Assembly: GCA_905178155.1 (NCBI GenBank)
Contig: CAJINV010000002.1
Coordinates: 6,676,476 to 6,740,475 of the forward strand
Direction of reading: 5' to 3'
Length of the DNA stretch: 64,000 nt
Source of the DNA: Amoebophrya sp. A120
Lineage: Eukaryota > Protista > Dinoflagellata
Below the pieces are notes generated by a model. The model was not told the origin of the DNA. It saw only the letters and a list, made by a program, of their open reading frames with translations, and ran no database searches. Of the stretch, positions 1 to 11,972 are shown piece by piece. Position numbers and translations under genes: made by a program. Every line of letters starts with the position of its first letter. Position 1 is the first letter of the stretch.

Positions 1-2076
1 TGCGATCCAGCCCTACAGGAAGTTGCATCGTCCCGCTCGTCTCTGGTTCAAGATAAAACCATTGTCACGGAAGTGCTCGCTCTCACAACCTCCACGTCTC
101 ATCGGCACCTGTATCGAGATGCAAGCGAAGATATTGATCAACACGAGCTTGCTCCCGCCATTGCCAGCACTGACCCGCATTCCTACGAGGGAATCTTTTA
201 CACGAAACTCTGCAACTGGCTGCATCACTTACTCGTGACCGGGTGGATATTCGTTCCCGATCCCGAGGATGAAAATAACCGGGCGGTCAAACAGTGGCAT
301 CCGTTCCACCTCGCCGTTCAAGCGCTTTTCCAAACGGACGAGGAGACCCGGCGATTTCAGGGCGGCGACCGACAGATGCTGCGCGAACCGTGGTTGGATG
401 ATGATGGGAACCTCGACGTGGGTATCTACTTCCCGACTGCCTGCAAAAGGCTTTTGCAACAGATGTGGGAAAATTTGGATCAAATGGTGTACACGTTCAA
501 CTTTCCCAAGCTGGCGAAGAGCTTTTTAGTGGACGAGGACACATATCACGCTGTGCTTTTGAAGACGTCGGAAGCCGCTTCAACATCTACTGAAGATCAT
601 GTCGTTGTTGCCAAGAAAAATGTTGACTCTCTGTTGCGAAGGAGTAGAAATAGAAAATTAGGATATCAGCTGCACGGTGGTCAACAAGGCGTAGAAAAAA
701 GCGAAAAACCCCCAGAAGCTGCAGATGAAGCACGTACAAGAACTCTAGCACTAGCTGAGCAAGAAGTAACCGACGACGACGTCTGCCCTTTTGTCTTGTA
801 CGGCACCAGCATGGGCGAAATGGACCGCTTTAACGAAGAATTGCAGGAGAGGAGCAGCAGCTGTGGCGCAGTAGCCGGCGCTTCCACTCCTCATGTGGGA
901 CAAGCCAAGTATGCTGCTGCAACAACGACTACCTCTACCGGCGGAGCGACAGGAAGCAGTGGAGCAGCTCCCACCGTGGACTTAATAGAGCCGTTGCGGG
1001 AAGCTTACTTCCGCAACTCCGTTTCGACATCGGGTGCAGCTCGGACTGCCGCAGAAAGCCCTGCTAGACGCCGGGGGTCCACTGCTCTATTTGGGAGACA
1101 TTCCGTGAAGAAGAGCACCAAATTTCCGAGACCAGTGCAGCGGCAGAGTACTAGCGAAGGGCACGGGGAGGAGGGTGCTGCAGGGGCGACTACTGCCTCT
1201 CCTGCTGCTGATGAATCGCATAGTACCCGGGGGGTGGACGAAGTACAATTAGGTGCTGCGGTGCAGCAGGATAAAGAGCTGCGAGATGATGTTCTTGCTC
1301 AGGAACAAAATCAGGAGGACCTAGCACCACGGAAGAGGTTGGAGATTTCGTTCGACGATGCTCAACACCGCGAGGCCTTTCGCGACAGATTTCCTCGCTC
1401 GGAGATTGCTGACCTGGGGTACGATTGGGAACGAGACATCGTCAAGAGCACACGAGATAAATCCCTCTTTTGGGAGAAGGAGCTCCTGGGTGCCAGTTTT
1501 TCTCCGGACCTTGCCCGAGCTTCGAGGCCGAAGTCCATGCGGCTGACTAGGTTGAGGAGAACCGATGCAGATCCAGACTTTCGCGGAAACCTGGCCTCAA
1601 ATAATGTCGTGCACCAGTACGCAAAGACGGTTTTCAACAAGTGGCTGCCCGCTGCGGCGTGCCCAAGTATGACCGCGTTTCAGAAAAAGCTACGCGACGC
1701 GCGCAAAGAGCTGGACGAGGTTGTGGTTTTAGACTTCATGGCGCACTATCGATCCATCCTGTTCTCCCGCCGCAAAGACGACTGCGAACGAATTCTGTTC
1801 GGCAAGGAAAGGAGGCACAAGGGAGGAGCATCTGCAGAGAAAAAAGAGCACAGCGGCAACGTAGAAAACCGGTTTTGCGACTTCGAGAGTGAACACCTCT
1901 GGCAGTGGAGTGTCGTACTCTACTGGGATTGGAACCCGTATGGGACGGTCACGTGGGAAATCGTCCAAATAGAGAGAAATTCTGTGCATGATAAAGAAAA
2001 TATAGATGAAAATCGATACCAGGATGGAGGTCCTCGTACCCACTATTTCGAAGCGGCGTGTCACACACCTCTCTGA
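1..2076 (+). CDS. Hypothetical protein, 5'-partial (frame open from base 1)
   Basis: Frame 1 has no stop from position 1 to TGA at 2074-2076. Globular-looking segments alternate with low-complexity Ser/Thr/Ala tracts. No family recognised. Confidence 0.75.
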   Translation, partial: CDPALQEVASSRSSLVQDKTIVTEVLALTTSTSHRHLYRDASEDIDQHELAPAIASTDPHSYEGIFYTKLCNWLHHLLVTGWIFVPDPEDENNRAVKQWHPFHLAVQALFQTDEETRRFQGGDRQMLREPWLDDDGNLDVGIYFPTACKRLLQQMWENLDQMVYTFNFPKLAKSFLVDEDTYHAVLLKTSEAASTSTEDHVVVAKKNVDSLLRRSRNRKLGYQLHGGQQGVEKSEKPPEAADEARTRTLALAEQEVTDDDVCPFVLYGTSMGEMDRFNEELQERSSSCGAVAGASTPHVGQAKYAAATTTTSTGGATGSSGAAPTVDLIEPLREAYFRNSVSTSGAARTAAESPARRRGSTALFGRHSVKKSTKFPRPVQRQSTSEGHGEEGAAGATTASPAADESHSTRGVDEVQLGAAVQQDKELRDDVLAQEQNQEDLAPRKRLEISFDDAQHREAFRDRFPRSEIADLGYDWERDIVKSTRDKSLFWEKELLGASFSPDLARASRPKSMRLTRLRRTDADPDFRGNLASNNVVHQYAKTVFNKWLPAAACPSMTAFQKKLRDARKELDEVVVLDFMAHYRSILFSRRKDDCERILFGKERRHKGGASAEKKEHSGNVENRFCDFESEHLWQWSVVLYWDWNPYGTVTWEIVQIERNSVHDKENIDENRYQDGGPRTHYFEAACHTPL

Positions 2077-4288
2077 TGTCTCGCGTGATTGAAGCTTTTT
2101 ATATAAATATACTACGTCGCGCTGTTTCATCGCGCAATAACACAACTGCACCCTAGCAAGCGGCTCACCGTCACCGATTCTGTTGGCATTTGAAAAAGTA
2201 AAAGCCTGAACTCGGTCATTTTGCATCATGGTCAGCACAGCATTTTTTTGTCAGCCAAAGATAGAAAATGCCTGACCTAGAAATGTACCTTTCCCATCGA
2301 CGATTTCCCACCTGGCACCGTCATATTATGGAAGAACCAGGAACCCCGGGTCCGTTGACTCAAGTGTTACTTATCCGGGTCGAAAACACGCGCGGCAGTA
2401 GCAGAAGCGGGCCGAATGAAAGCCTTATGTTCTACTGAAATGAGAATGAGAATGACTCGATGTAAAAGTGAGTATAAGTCAGCATTCGACGAAAGGGGGT
2501 CTCGATCTGCGTGACTGGGCTTACCGATTTCCTGACGAGCAAGAGAAGCTCTCTGATGGAAAGTAGATGGCCGTAAGCAGTTTCTGTTGCTGTCGTGACA
2601 CTACTGCTGTTGGCAAACGTGTATGATTTGCTTTTGTTTTTTTTCATCCTACTTTATCACCGTAATACGTCCTGGTCCAGTTCATTAAATTCTTCCACAT
2701 TCACATTCGCCAGGACGAAAATCAATATTGTAGAATTTTTATTGCCCCCTACGCCTAACAACCGCAAGCGCCAGGAGTAGGAGAGGGAGATGACAGCAGC
2801 AGCGTGTAGAAGACACCACGTCGCTGTGTGTTTTTTTACCCTGAAGATGGCGCTAACGCTATAAATATGTCCGACGGAAACAGTGATGATGATTATGATA
2901 CATTGACCGCGATCGGTGATAGAATTTTTCTGGGCCTGAACACCAGAGTTGAAAGACGCTGCTCAGGCCTCAGTAGGACCTGGACCTGCCGCGGAAGTGT
3001 CATTCCGTGGCTATTTGATATTTTGTTGAGGTGGCTATTTGATATTTTGTGAGGTTCCAGTGTTTCCAGGTAGAGTTTGCATGCCATCGCCAACCACGCG
3101 GTTGCGGCGATGTTGACTTTTAGGACCTGTCAGCTTTCAGGAACCTGTTGGACATGAGGAGGGGCAAGCACAAGAGGCTTGCTTAGGACCTCTGCGATTG
3201 ATTTAAGTACCAAACAAGGACCATGCAACCAGACTGTACGAAAACAAATGTAAGACGTCATGTTATTTGGCGGGCACGAAACTGCGGTCGAGATCGAGTA
3301 AGAAGAAACATCAGTACAGTAGGTGCGCAGATGTTAACAAGATCTACTGTTCACCCAGCACGACTCGGGCAATGAAGATATGTGTGGTTGTCCAGCAGAA
3401 GGTTTTTGTTCTATGAGGATGATTTATTTGATAACTTGTTCACTGTTGAACAACTGAAAAGAGCGACCCAGCGGAAAACTTTTCCGGTCAAAAGTCATGC
3501 GTCGTCTCTTGTCTGTCGCTTACGAAGTCGTCACGGAAAAAATGTATGTCGATAGCCTGAAGAACCTTGTATGTCGACGTTCTAAAGATGAGGATCCACC
3601 TAGATCATTATGATTCATTGGCCGCTTTTATTTTTGTGATGTGTAGTTTACTCTTTTGCCGTTCGGTTAGTTTTGTTGTGACTGAAGATGCATCCTACTG
3701 ACCGCGATAGTCGTTCCCGTCTTTGAGAGGAGGTTATGTAAAAATTATTCTGCGTGCCCTCTCACTCTCTTGGAAGTAGGCGGCGCCTTTGAAAGATGTT
3801 TTTGTCTGCTCATCGATTCTCTTGCTCGCACACAATGCGTTCGATGAGCTGCCCCGTCTTGCTCGTTATTGCCTAAGCGGTGTTACAGGTTTTGTCGGTG
3901 TGGCAAGATCTTCGTCCTCGTCTGTGTTTGTTGCTGGCGCGTGTTCGGCTTTTTTCGTCGCATGACTCGTCGCTACTCGTCGCCAATGAAGAAAGATGAA
4001 GAAAGACCGGGTGATGTCAGCAAGAAACTCGAGGTCCCTATCTCGGGTTCCTCGCTGGAGCAGTGTGACTGCAGTGCCTGTTCTTGACGACGAAGCAGTG
4101 ACTGACTATCAATAGCGAAGAGGAAGAAACACCAAGCTTCACTTCTAACCTGCGAAGTCGGGCATGAAACGAAGATAAACGTGATCAAAAGGACTTCGTC
4201 GTCGTCCACTTCCGGTGCTGCACTGGACATCCTGCCACTGTGTTGCTGCAGCCGAGCTCCGTCCAGTTCATCCATTGTGCCCAGAACT

Positions 4289-7200
4289 ATGACTTCTCTG
4301 CCATCAAGTTCAAATAAACACCCGGCTGGCCAGGCCCGCCCAGTCGATATTCTTCCGCAGGTCGCTGCACGAGAAGCTGCCGCTGCCCAAGCCACAGATA
4401 GAAGAGCGAAGACGTTGGAACGAGATAAGAGCCGTGCCGAACAAAGAAGAACTCCAAGGCAAACAGACGAGGAAATAGCTGTGGTGCGGGAGGAAACAAG
4501 TAGAATGCAGAAGTCCACTTCTTACGACCGGCAACCTCAAGGTGTTGACAATAGAGATGACCTGGGGTTGCCTGCTACTGCTTCATCCACTTGGAATTCA
4601 TCAAGCGTGTTGGCGGGCGCAGGGGTGTCTCATGCGGCGATGATTTGTCAGAGCGGGAGCAAGAATGCGCAGGAGCCTGGCAAAGAACAAAAAGCGAAAG
4701 CGTCGGAAAACAAGACTGACCCCAGCAGGACGAAAAGTTTGGGCAGTTTTTGCATGCAGCGTGATGCGGCTACACCAGCAAACTCTTGCAGCACCCGCTC
4801 CACACAAGGACGACCCGCGCTCGCACTAGTAGAGAAAGCCGAAGAGGAGCATAGAAAAAACAGCGAAGCGAGACGCACTACACACAGCAGTGAACAAGCG
4901 GCAAAAATTGAAACAGAAATGGGGGTGGAAACAAGAAACATAACCGATGTTGAAGCAGAAAGAATACCCAACGCCGAGCAGCGCTCCGCTACGTTCAAGT
5001 TTCTGACCACGGATAAAGCGAACAAACACGGGAACAATGCGGACAAACAGGAGCTGAAACCCTCTACTCTCGTCCGGGGTCCAGCAGCTACACCAGGTAC
5101 AAAAACAAAAACAACAATGATACTCTGTATCAAGATGCTCAGGATTTTTTTCCTCTCCCTCTTCTTCCTATACCTCTTCGTAAAGTCCTATGTGCTATTC
5201 CTGCCCACAACAGTCCTGAACGGAGCGGGACAAAATAAAACTGGGAATGGCCCAGGAGTTACGTCGTCCGGTAACCTAGCATTTCCATCGATCGCAACAA
5301 TCATACCATCAATGCTGCAGTTTTTGGTTCAGAAGCCGAAAGTGTACTATCGCAAAAGGGAATTAGGAGAAGAAGGAGTTAATCCTAGATACAACGAAGA
5401 GCAGGTGAACGGGGACCACGACCACTTGATCGACGAGAGCAAAACACGGATACTGAAAGCAGGAGACAGCAATTCCGCCGCCCAGCAGCACGCGCAAAAC
5501 GGAGCTGTTAGTAGTGGCGCAACTTCCACCGCGAATGAGCAAAGCGCCGACATGTGTCCGTGCCCGGCGGCGACCTACCACTGGCACATGCTCCGGAAAC
5601 GGACGGCGCAGAGCTACGAGTGGCACGGCACGGGCAGGGTCCCGCTGTTCTACGCGAATTTGGATCGAAGTAAGGGGAGGAAAATCCGGATGGACTACGT
5701 GCTGGGTGGGGGGACCACCACGGCGTCGCTCAACGGTCAGCAGCAGAATGGCGGTCTTACTGCGTCCACATCTGGAACATCAAGTAGTGTCGCAGGAGGA
5801 ACATCACCAGAAGCTGCAACATCTTCACCAGTAGCGGAACAAAGCACTGCCGCAAACCAGATTGAGCAGATTCCCTCCTACGGCGCTGCGCCGGTGATGC
5901 GCGTGCCGGGACTGGATCAGAGAAATTTGGAGAACTGGGTGCAACACAATCTGTTCACCCCCGACGATATCCTGTGCAAAAGTATCGTGCTCGCAGTAAT
6001 TGGAATTGCTATCATGCATTACTTCTAGGTAAATCAGCATTACAAATTCCATTCTTCTTCTTGAAAAAATTTGTGATGCAATTTATACTAGTACGATACT
6101 TTTGCAATGCATAGACGAGTACCTCAACAAGTACTTCCGGTGCAACATCCCCCGTCGCCCCGGCGAGTTTGGCGCCACCATGTCGCACCTGAAGCAAGTC
6201 TGGGCGGCGTACGCCTGGTTCGTCGAGCGCTCCTTTCCGGCGATGAAGGAAAAACTCCGGAAAGAGGTGGCGGACACGCTGGCGGAAAGCAGGCGCGCGG
6301 AGCAAGAGTCGGGACTCGCGAACTCCGACCAGCCGACCACACCCCCATTTGAAGACAATTCCAATGTGGATGACGAGAACCTGATGAAAACAACCAAAGA
6401 GCGCGCGGCAACTCCAGAGCCGCTCGCGACGAAACTCCCAACAGTCGATTTGGCGCACGAGCGCGGACCGCCAAAAGCGGAGGTCGGCAGTGGCGGGGCC
6501 GGCGCAGCAGCAGCAGGAGGTCTTCAACCATCTTCGCCCACTTTATCCGGGGAAGGTGTGGCAGGAGACGCTGGTGGTCAAGGTGCAGAAGGGGCCGGCG
6601 CGGGTGCTGCAGCTGCTATGATGTCCTCCGGTCGTACGACCACGGAGCCAGGCTCCTCAGATGTGGGCGGCCCCCGACGTCGCTTAGATGAAAATAACGA
6701 GAAGCGAAAACTTGGGAGAGATGAGCAACGGAATTACCACTATTACAACAAAAAACTCCCAACAACCTGGTGGTTCGACGATCCCAAGTACCGCAACGCG
6801 CTCGGGGAGCTCGTCGACTGGACACTGCGTATGGACGATAAGGTGTTCTACGGGCATCTGTCCCCCGAAGACCGCAAGTTCGCGGCGATGTTTTTCGAGG
6901 ACGACACCTCGACCGCGAGCCGGGACATCGGGTGGGGAGAGATCACGGTGACGGACTTTGCGGACGCGCTGGATGTGTACGACGCCAATTGGGAAACCCT
7001 GCGTCTAGGTTCCAACAACTGCGACGTGCCGTGGCACGTGAATCTCGGCGCAAAATTGCCCTTCTCCGAGTCGGTTTTCGCCAAGGATAACATCGAGTGC
7101 TTCGGCGCGACCTCCTACATGGTCAGCGTCCGCGGGATGCGCCGGCTGTTGAAGCAGTACCTGGTCTCGCAGCACGGCGTGGCCATCGTGGGGCGGGATT

Positions 7201-10200
7201 TGGAGCGCAAAATGCGGCTGCTGGCCGAAAGCGAGAACAAGCCGAAGGCGCCCCAGATCGGAGACAGCAGCGTAACTATCACGGACGACACCGACGCGCC
7301 ATGGGAGGCTTGGTATAAAGTTTTTTTCTGAGGTGCACATTGATTGCAAAATTTTTCCATTGTCAAACTCTTACTGCTTGCGCATTTTTTGCTGCAAAAT
7401 TGTCGTCATTATCATGAGTATAATATTCTTCACGACACAGCCCTAGACCTAGCAACGGCTGACTGAAATATTAAACAGGGGTGAAGACATGCTTGTGATG
7501 CAGTACACAGAAGCGGATTGCACCCGAGACGAATTTTGGTGCCACGGGAACATGTATTGTCTGCAAGAAAAGCACCGGCACTATTCGACGCCCGTGAAAG
7601 AAGTTTGCGCGGAGAAACTGCGGTCGCTCGAGCGGGAAGTCGCCGATTACAAGGCCAGCTTGAAGAATTTGACGCGTCTGGGCGTCCTGGACAGTGGCAC
7701 AAAAAAGTCGCTCGAGATGAAGATCACGGTTGCCGACCGCGCGTACCACTGGAACGTGGACCAGTGCGAGCCAACGCGGCGCAAGAAGCAACAGCACTGG
7801 TTTTCGTGCGTGGACAAGGTGATCCGGAAAGACCCGCGGGTCTTGCAGTTGAAGCACGACTACAAGTACAGCGTGCCGAAATTCAACATCACCAGCTTCG
7901 AGGGGATTTACCCCGTCGCCGACATCTTGATGTTTCAAGAGGCGATCAACAAGGAGCACGGGTACCGCTTGTTGCACAACTACATCTTCGAGTCCATCTT
8001 CGAGATCGAGCCGGTTTTGTCCCACGGACACATCCCGACCGCGTTGGATGACCAATTCGCCAAAGCCGGAACGATTTCGACGCTGAAGGCGCGGGAGATG
8101 GTCGTGAATTGGATGGTGGATGTCGTAATGGCGCAGGGATTCAACGCCGGCACGGCAGCGGGTCTTCCGCAGGACCGAGCAGGTGGAGCGACAGGAAGTG
8201 CAACGGGGGCGACGACCGGCACGGCAGCTGGTGGCGCGCAAAAAAGCAGCACAAACCCGTTCGCTTTCATTTCCAAAACAAAATCCTCCACATCAGACGC
8301 GAATCAGCACAGCAAGAACCCGGTAGTTAACATGACGGAGGTCCACACCACTATCCAGGAGTGGAAGTGGCTCTTGAAGCGCGGCGCGCAAAATCTGCAC
8401 TGGGTCGGGCAAGAGCAATGCGTGTACTACGTAAACCTTGACCGGTCAAAGCGGCGCCGGCGCCGCATGCGGTTGCTGTTGGGAGACAAGGGGAAGCGGG
8501 TCCGCGCGCTCGACCATTACGACAGTACACGGTGGGAACTTCTGTCCACTATTCCTACTCCCGACGAGCTGGCCAACAAGAAACCCACCAGGCACAACCG
8601 GATTGGCGAACACGCGCTGACGTTAAGTCACCTCTTCGCGGTGTGGATCGGTTTTCTCGACTACGTCGCGCTCTGGCAGCAAACCCCGGGGGGCGGGGGA
8701 CTCATGGGCGGGGGAATGATGAGTGCGACCAGTGTGAACGAAATCAAGCCGCGGCACTACGGGAAAATGGTCAACGTGGTCGCTTCTGCGGACCAGCGAG
8801 CAGCGCCGTCGGCCGCCGAGGTGTACCGGAACGACGTGAATGGATTTGAGAAAAAGGCCAGTAAACCGGCGAAACAGGGGGTCGTTGGGAAACCGGGCGG
8901 GAAGGCACTTCTACGGGGGAAAGAAGGAGGGAAAAAGCGACGCGGTCTGCGGCAGTTGGAAGAAGAGCAAAATCTTTCAAAACCCCAGCAGGGCGATGAT
9001 ATTTTTGAGTTCGAGAAGAAGTTTGTGCCCAGCAAGCAAGAGCAGCAACAGAGGAAAGCCTGGATGTCCACACTTGGTGAAAGAATATTCAACAAAACAA
9101 ATCACAACTCAACCGCAGCTGGTTCATCTCTTGGTTCCAGAACAGCCGTTGTAGCACGGACACCTCGGAATGAAGATCCATCTTTGAAAGCAGTTACCAG
9201 CAGTCAAAAAGCCTCCGGGCAACATCTCAGGAAAAAGTACAGTCAAGCGGTAACCAGCGGCACGAAGAACGATAAGGCGGCACACAACAGTACGGTTAAC
9301 GCAACGACTTCCTCCCTGGTTCCGCAGGCTGTCTACCAGTACGTGATGAAAAACAAAAAGGAATTTCCTGAATTTTTCTCCCTGCTGCAGGACTTGGAAC
9401 CAGATTTTCTCCATTTGCAAGAAGGTCATGAAGAAATAGTGTCCTCCTCCTCGTCCCAAAATGGTGCTAGTACAACTACAGCTTCAAGTGGTATTAAGTC
9501 TGGCTCTACTTCTAACCAAGACTGCGGCCCGTCGGGTTCCGTGGCCGCCAAGAATCTTCGAAAACTGCAAGGTGCGTTCCTTCCAGGCGGCTCCAGCGGC
9601 ACGGACACCTCCAACGGTGTGGGGGGCGCAAGTCGGTCCGTCTCTTCCTCCGTTTTTCCGCGGGAAACGTACGAGCAGGCGATGCGGATGTTGAAGCTAT
9701 CGCAGGAAAAAGGTGTTACAGTTACGCATTTGTTGGAGTTTCTGCATCACAAAGTTGCTCGACATGGGAACGAAAACCTGTGATGCGCACACTATAAGGG
9801 AAAACACGAATGAAATCATGAGGTTGGCAAGCATTTCCTGCATGACAGAGGTTGTTTGTCTTGCTTGTCTCCCATCAGAGTTTGTAGCTGTGACATGTTT
9901 TTCTCACGATAGAAGCAGTCCGACGACGAGTTCGTCAATGATGCGATCCGCAAAAAGCTGCACCAGCACGCCATGACCATCGTCGAGGACGACATTTCCA
10001 CCGGGGCGCACGACATTGGATACGGAAAGCTCACGTTGTCCGACCTGCGGGACGCCATCTATCGCTACGACGACCAGTGGCAGACCCTCCGCCTCGGGAC
10101 GAGCAACTGCGACCCGGCCGGCGGCAGCTGGAACGCGAGCTTCGTGCTGTTCGTAGAAGACCGGAACCCGCGGCAGTGCTACGGCGCCGTGGCCTACATG

Positions 10201-10795
10201 GTGTCGATTTTGGGCATGAAAAAACTCCTGAACACCTTCCTGGTGTCCGTCCACGAACCGCACTCGGCCGAGTATGGCGTTCTCAAACGTTACATTCTCA
10301 ACTGTTACAGGGATTTGTAATGCAAGAACAGCAATAATGGATATGGAAGTGGCATTATTGCAGCTTTCGCATCACAGATTTTCCACAGATTTAGATGCTG
10401 TTTAGCCCTTCGAAAATTTGTCATGCTACCCACCTTGATCAAGTGGAGGCTGATGGCAATTTTGCATGACAAATCCGTGTAACAGTTGAGAATGTAACAG
10501 TTGAGAATGCCACACCGAGGGACACACACTGCAGTACGGGCACTTCGAGCCGAAATTTGACCTGACCAGGTTCACCGGAAAGTACCCCGTGGCGGACCTA
10601 CTCATGTTTTCCAACGAGAACGCGTGGCGCACGCAAACCGCCTTTCTGTTCGAGTCGGTCGTCGAGCCGGATCCGGTGCTCAAGCACGGGCACGTCAAAA
10701 AAGACCGCGAGGAGGCCTTGATTCTCGACGGAATCATGAACAGCTACCGGGCGAGAGAGCAGGGGATCGACATGAGGCTGAACGTTTGGAAATAG
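4289..10795 (+). CDS. Membrane-anchored protein with two tandem glycosyltransferase family 25-like domains (~1907 aa). Exons 4289-5967, 6119-7312, 7479-9697, 9917-10272, 10520-10795
   Basis: GT25-type motifs occur twice: YANLDRSKGRK / YVNLDRSKRRR, GEFGATMSHL / GEHALTLSHL, FFEDD / IVEDD, GATSYMVS / GAVAYMVS, YPVADILMF / YPVADLLMF. Hydrophobic segment near 5120-5200. Exon sum is 5724 nt, in frame. Start codon uncertain. Confidence 0.8.
5968..6113. mobile_element. Introner family A copy (146 bp), non-canonical intron
   Basis: TATCCTGTGCAAAAGTATCGT...ACGATACTTTTGCAATGCATA; TSD GACGA at 5963-5967 and 6114-6118. Removing 151 nt joins two different frames: ...FTPD-EYLNKY. Confidence 0.92.
7313..7478 (+). 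other. Canonical GT-AG intron (166 nt)
   Basis: TG|GTATAA...AAACAG|G gives W-GEDMLVM and joins ORF 6102 to ORF 7489; AT-rich. Confidence 0.75.
9698..9911. mobile_element. Introner, singleton (214 bp)
   Basis: Imperfect ~28-bp TIR TATCGCAGGAAAAAGGTGTTACAGTTAC / GTAGCTGTGACATGTTTTTCTCACGATA; TSD GAAGC on both sides. Removing 219 nt gives MLKQSDDEF...MTIVEDD. Confidence 0.9.
10273..10514. mobile_element. Introner family C copy (242 bp)
   Basis: ~50-bp imperfect TIR (TATGGCGTTCTCAAACGTTACATTCTCAACTGTTACA...TGTAACAGTTGAGAATGTAACAGTTGAGAATGCCACA); TSD CCGAG. Removing 247 nt gives HSAE-GHTLQY...YPVADLLMF. Confidence 0.92.
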
Positions 10796-11972
10796 GTGGC
10801 TACACTTTGGTTGTCTACAACGGGAAGAAGTCATTTTTCAGGGTACAAGTAGTTGAAGTTACAGTTAAGCCACTTGGGTATTTCAAAGCACGTTCTTTTT
10901 TTCAAACGATCACTTTTATCAAAAATCTACACTCACTACAGTGCTGTCCTGTCCTCGTAGTTTGCGATGTGTAATTTTCTCCATCACTTTTTAAAACTGA
11001 ATCTACGCATCAGCTGCATCTGCATCAAAGGCACATCGTGGTTGGTTGCATCAGCGCAAAATGCAGTTTAATACTCACTCAAGCAAAAGACTTGTCATGA
11101 ACGTGCTGTATCTATTTTCCGCCGCCGCATCGGCAGCAACTTGGATTTACCTCGCGAAACTGCATTTCTCTCAATTTTGCATTTTATGATGAGGTAGCAA
11201 AAAAAAAGGCAGCGCTCTTCGACACCAGCTGCGGCTTTTGCATCCGGTTTACGAAATCCAGGCCATTGTTCTAGGGCACGTATTTGTATTTTTTCCATGT
11301 ACCCACTAGCTGTAGGGCTGGGGTACTTCTGGTGGTCCGTCATTTACTCTGTCTGCACTTCCTTTTTTTGTGTGAGAAATTTTCTTTCTTGTGCTGAGAT
11401 GATGAGTCGAGCGAAGTGGCAAGTGCGAAACAAGTGATTTTGAATGATTGTTTTTCCCGAGACGACGAATAGTGCCTGTGTGTCACTCAGTTTGTGTTGT
11501 AGTATTTGTGGTTGTTTCTTTCTCTCTTCTAGAGCTCCAGGAGAAGTCTTGGTCTTCAGTCGTATTGTCCTGGTGGCTCTGTTTCGCACTTTCCACAACC
11601 ATTTGCTACCACGCAGTCAGTTGAACCCCAACAATGCCCATGCGATTTTGCTCCATAGTTCACGCCCTGTCTAACCCTGAAATTCCCAGAAAAATATAGT
11701 TTTGAACACACAAATACGATTTTTGCCCACTTGGTATCAACACAGTTCTGAACTACGACCAGCAAAACGCATATCTTCCTCGCACTTCCGACTTTCTTCC
11801 TGTGTCCTCGTTCTGTATGATAGTACAGTGCACGAGACAGGAATAGACTACATCAAGTCGCGGCGATCAACATCAATCGCGGTTCTTGCATCTTCCGCAA
11901 GCCGACGTCTTCGGCTGACGCGGAGAAGTCTCTCGAAGTCTGCGAGGTGTCGCCGACGAGGCAGAAGTCTCT

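Noticed and set aside
3007-3050. 20-bp direct repeat GTGGCTATTTGATATTTTGT, two copies
   Set aside because: Isolated intergenic slippage duplication with no further structure.
4181-10795. Frameshifted pseudogenes or prokaryotic operons
   Set aside because: Every break coincides with a TIR/TSD element or a GT-AG intron whose removal restores frame and motifs.
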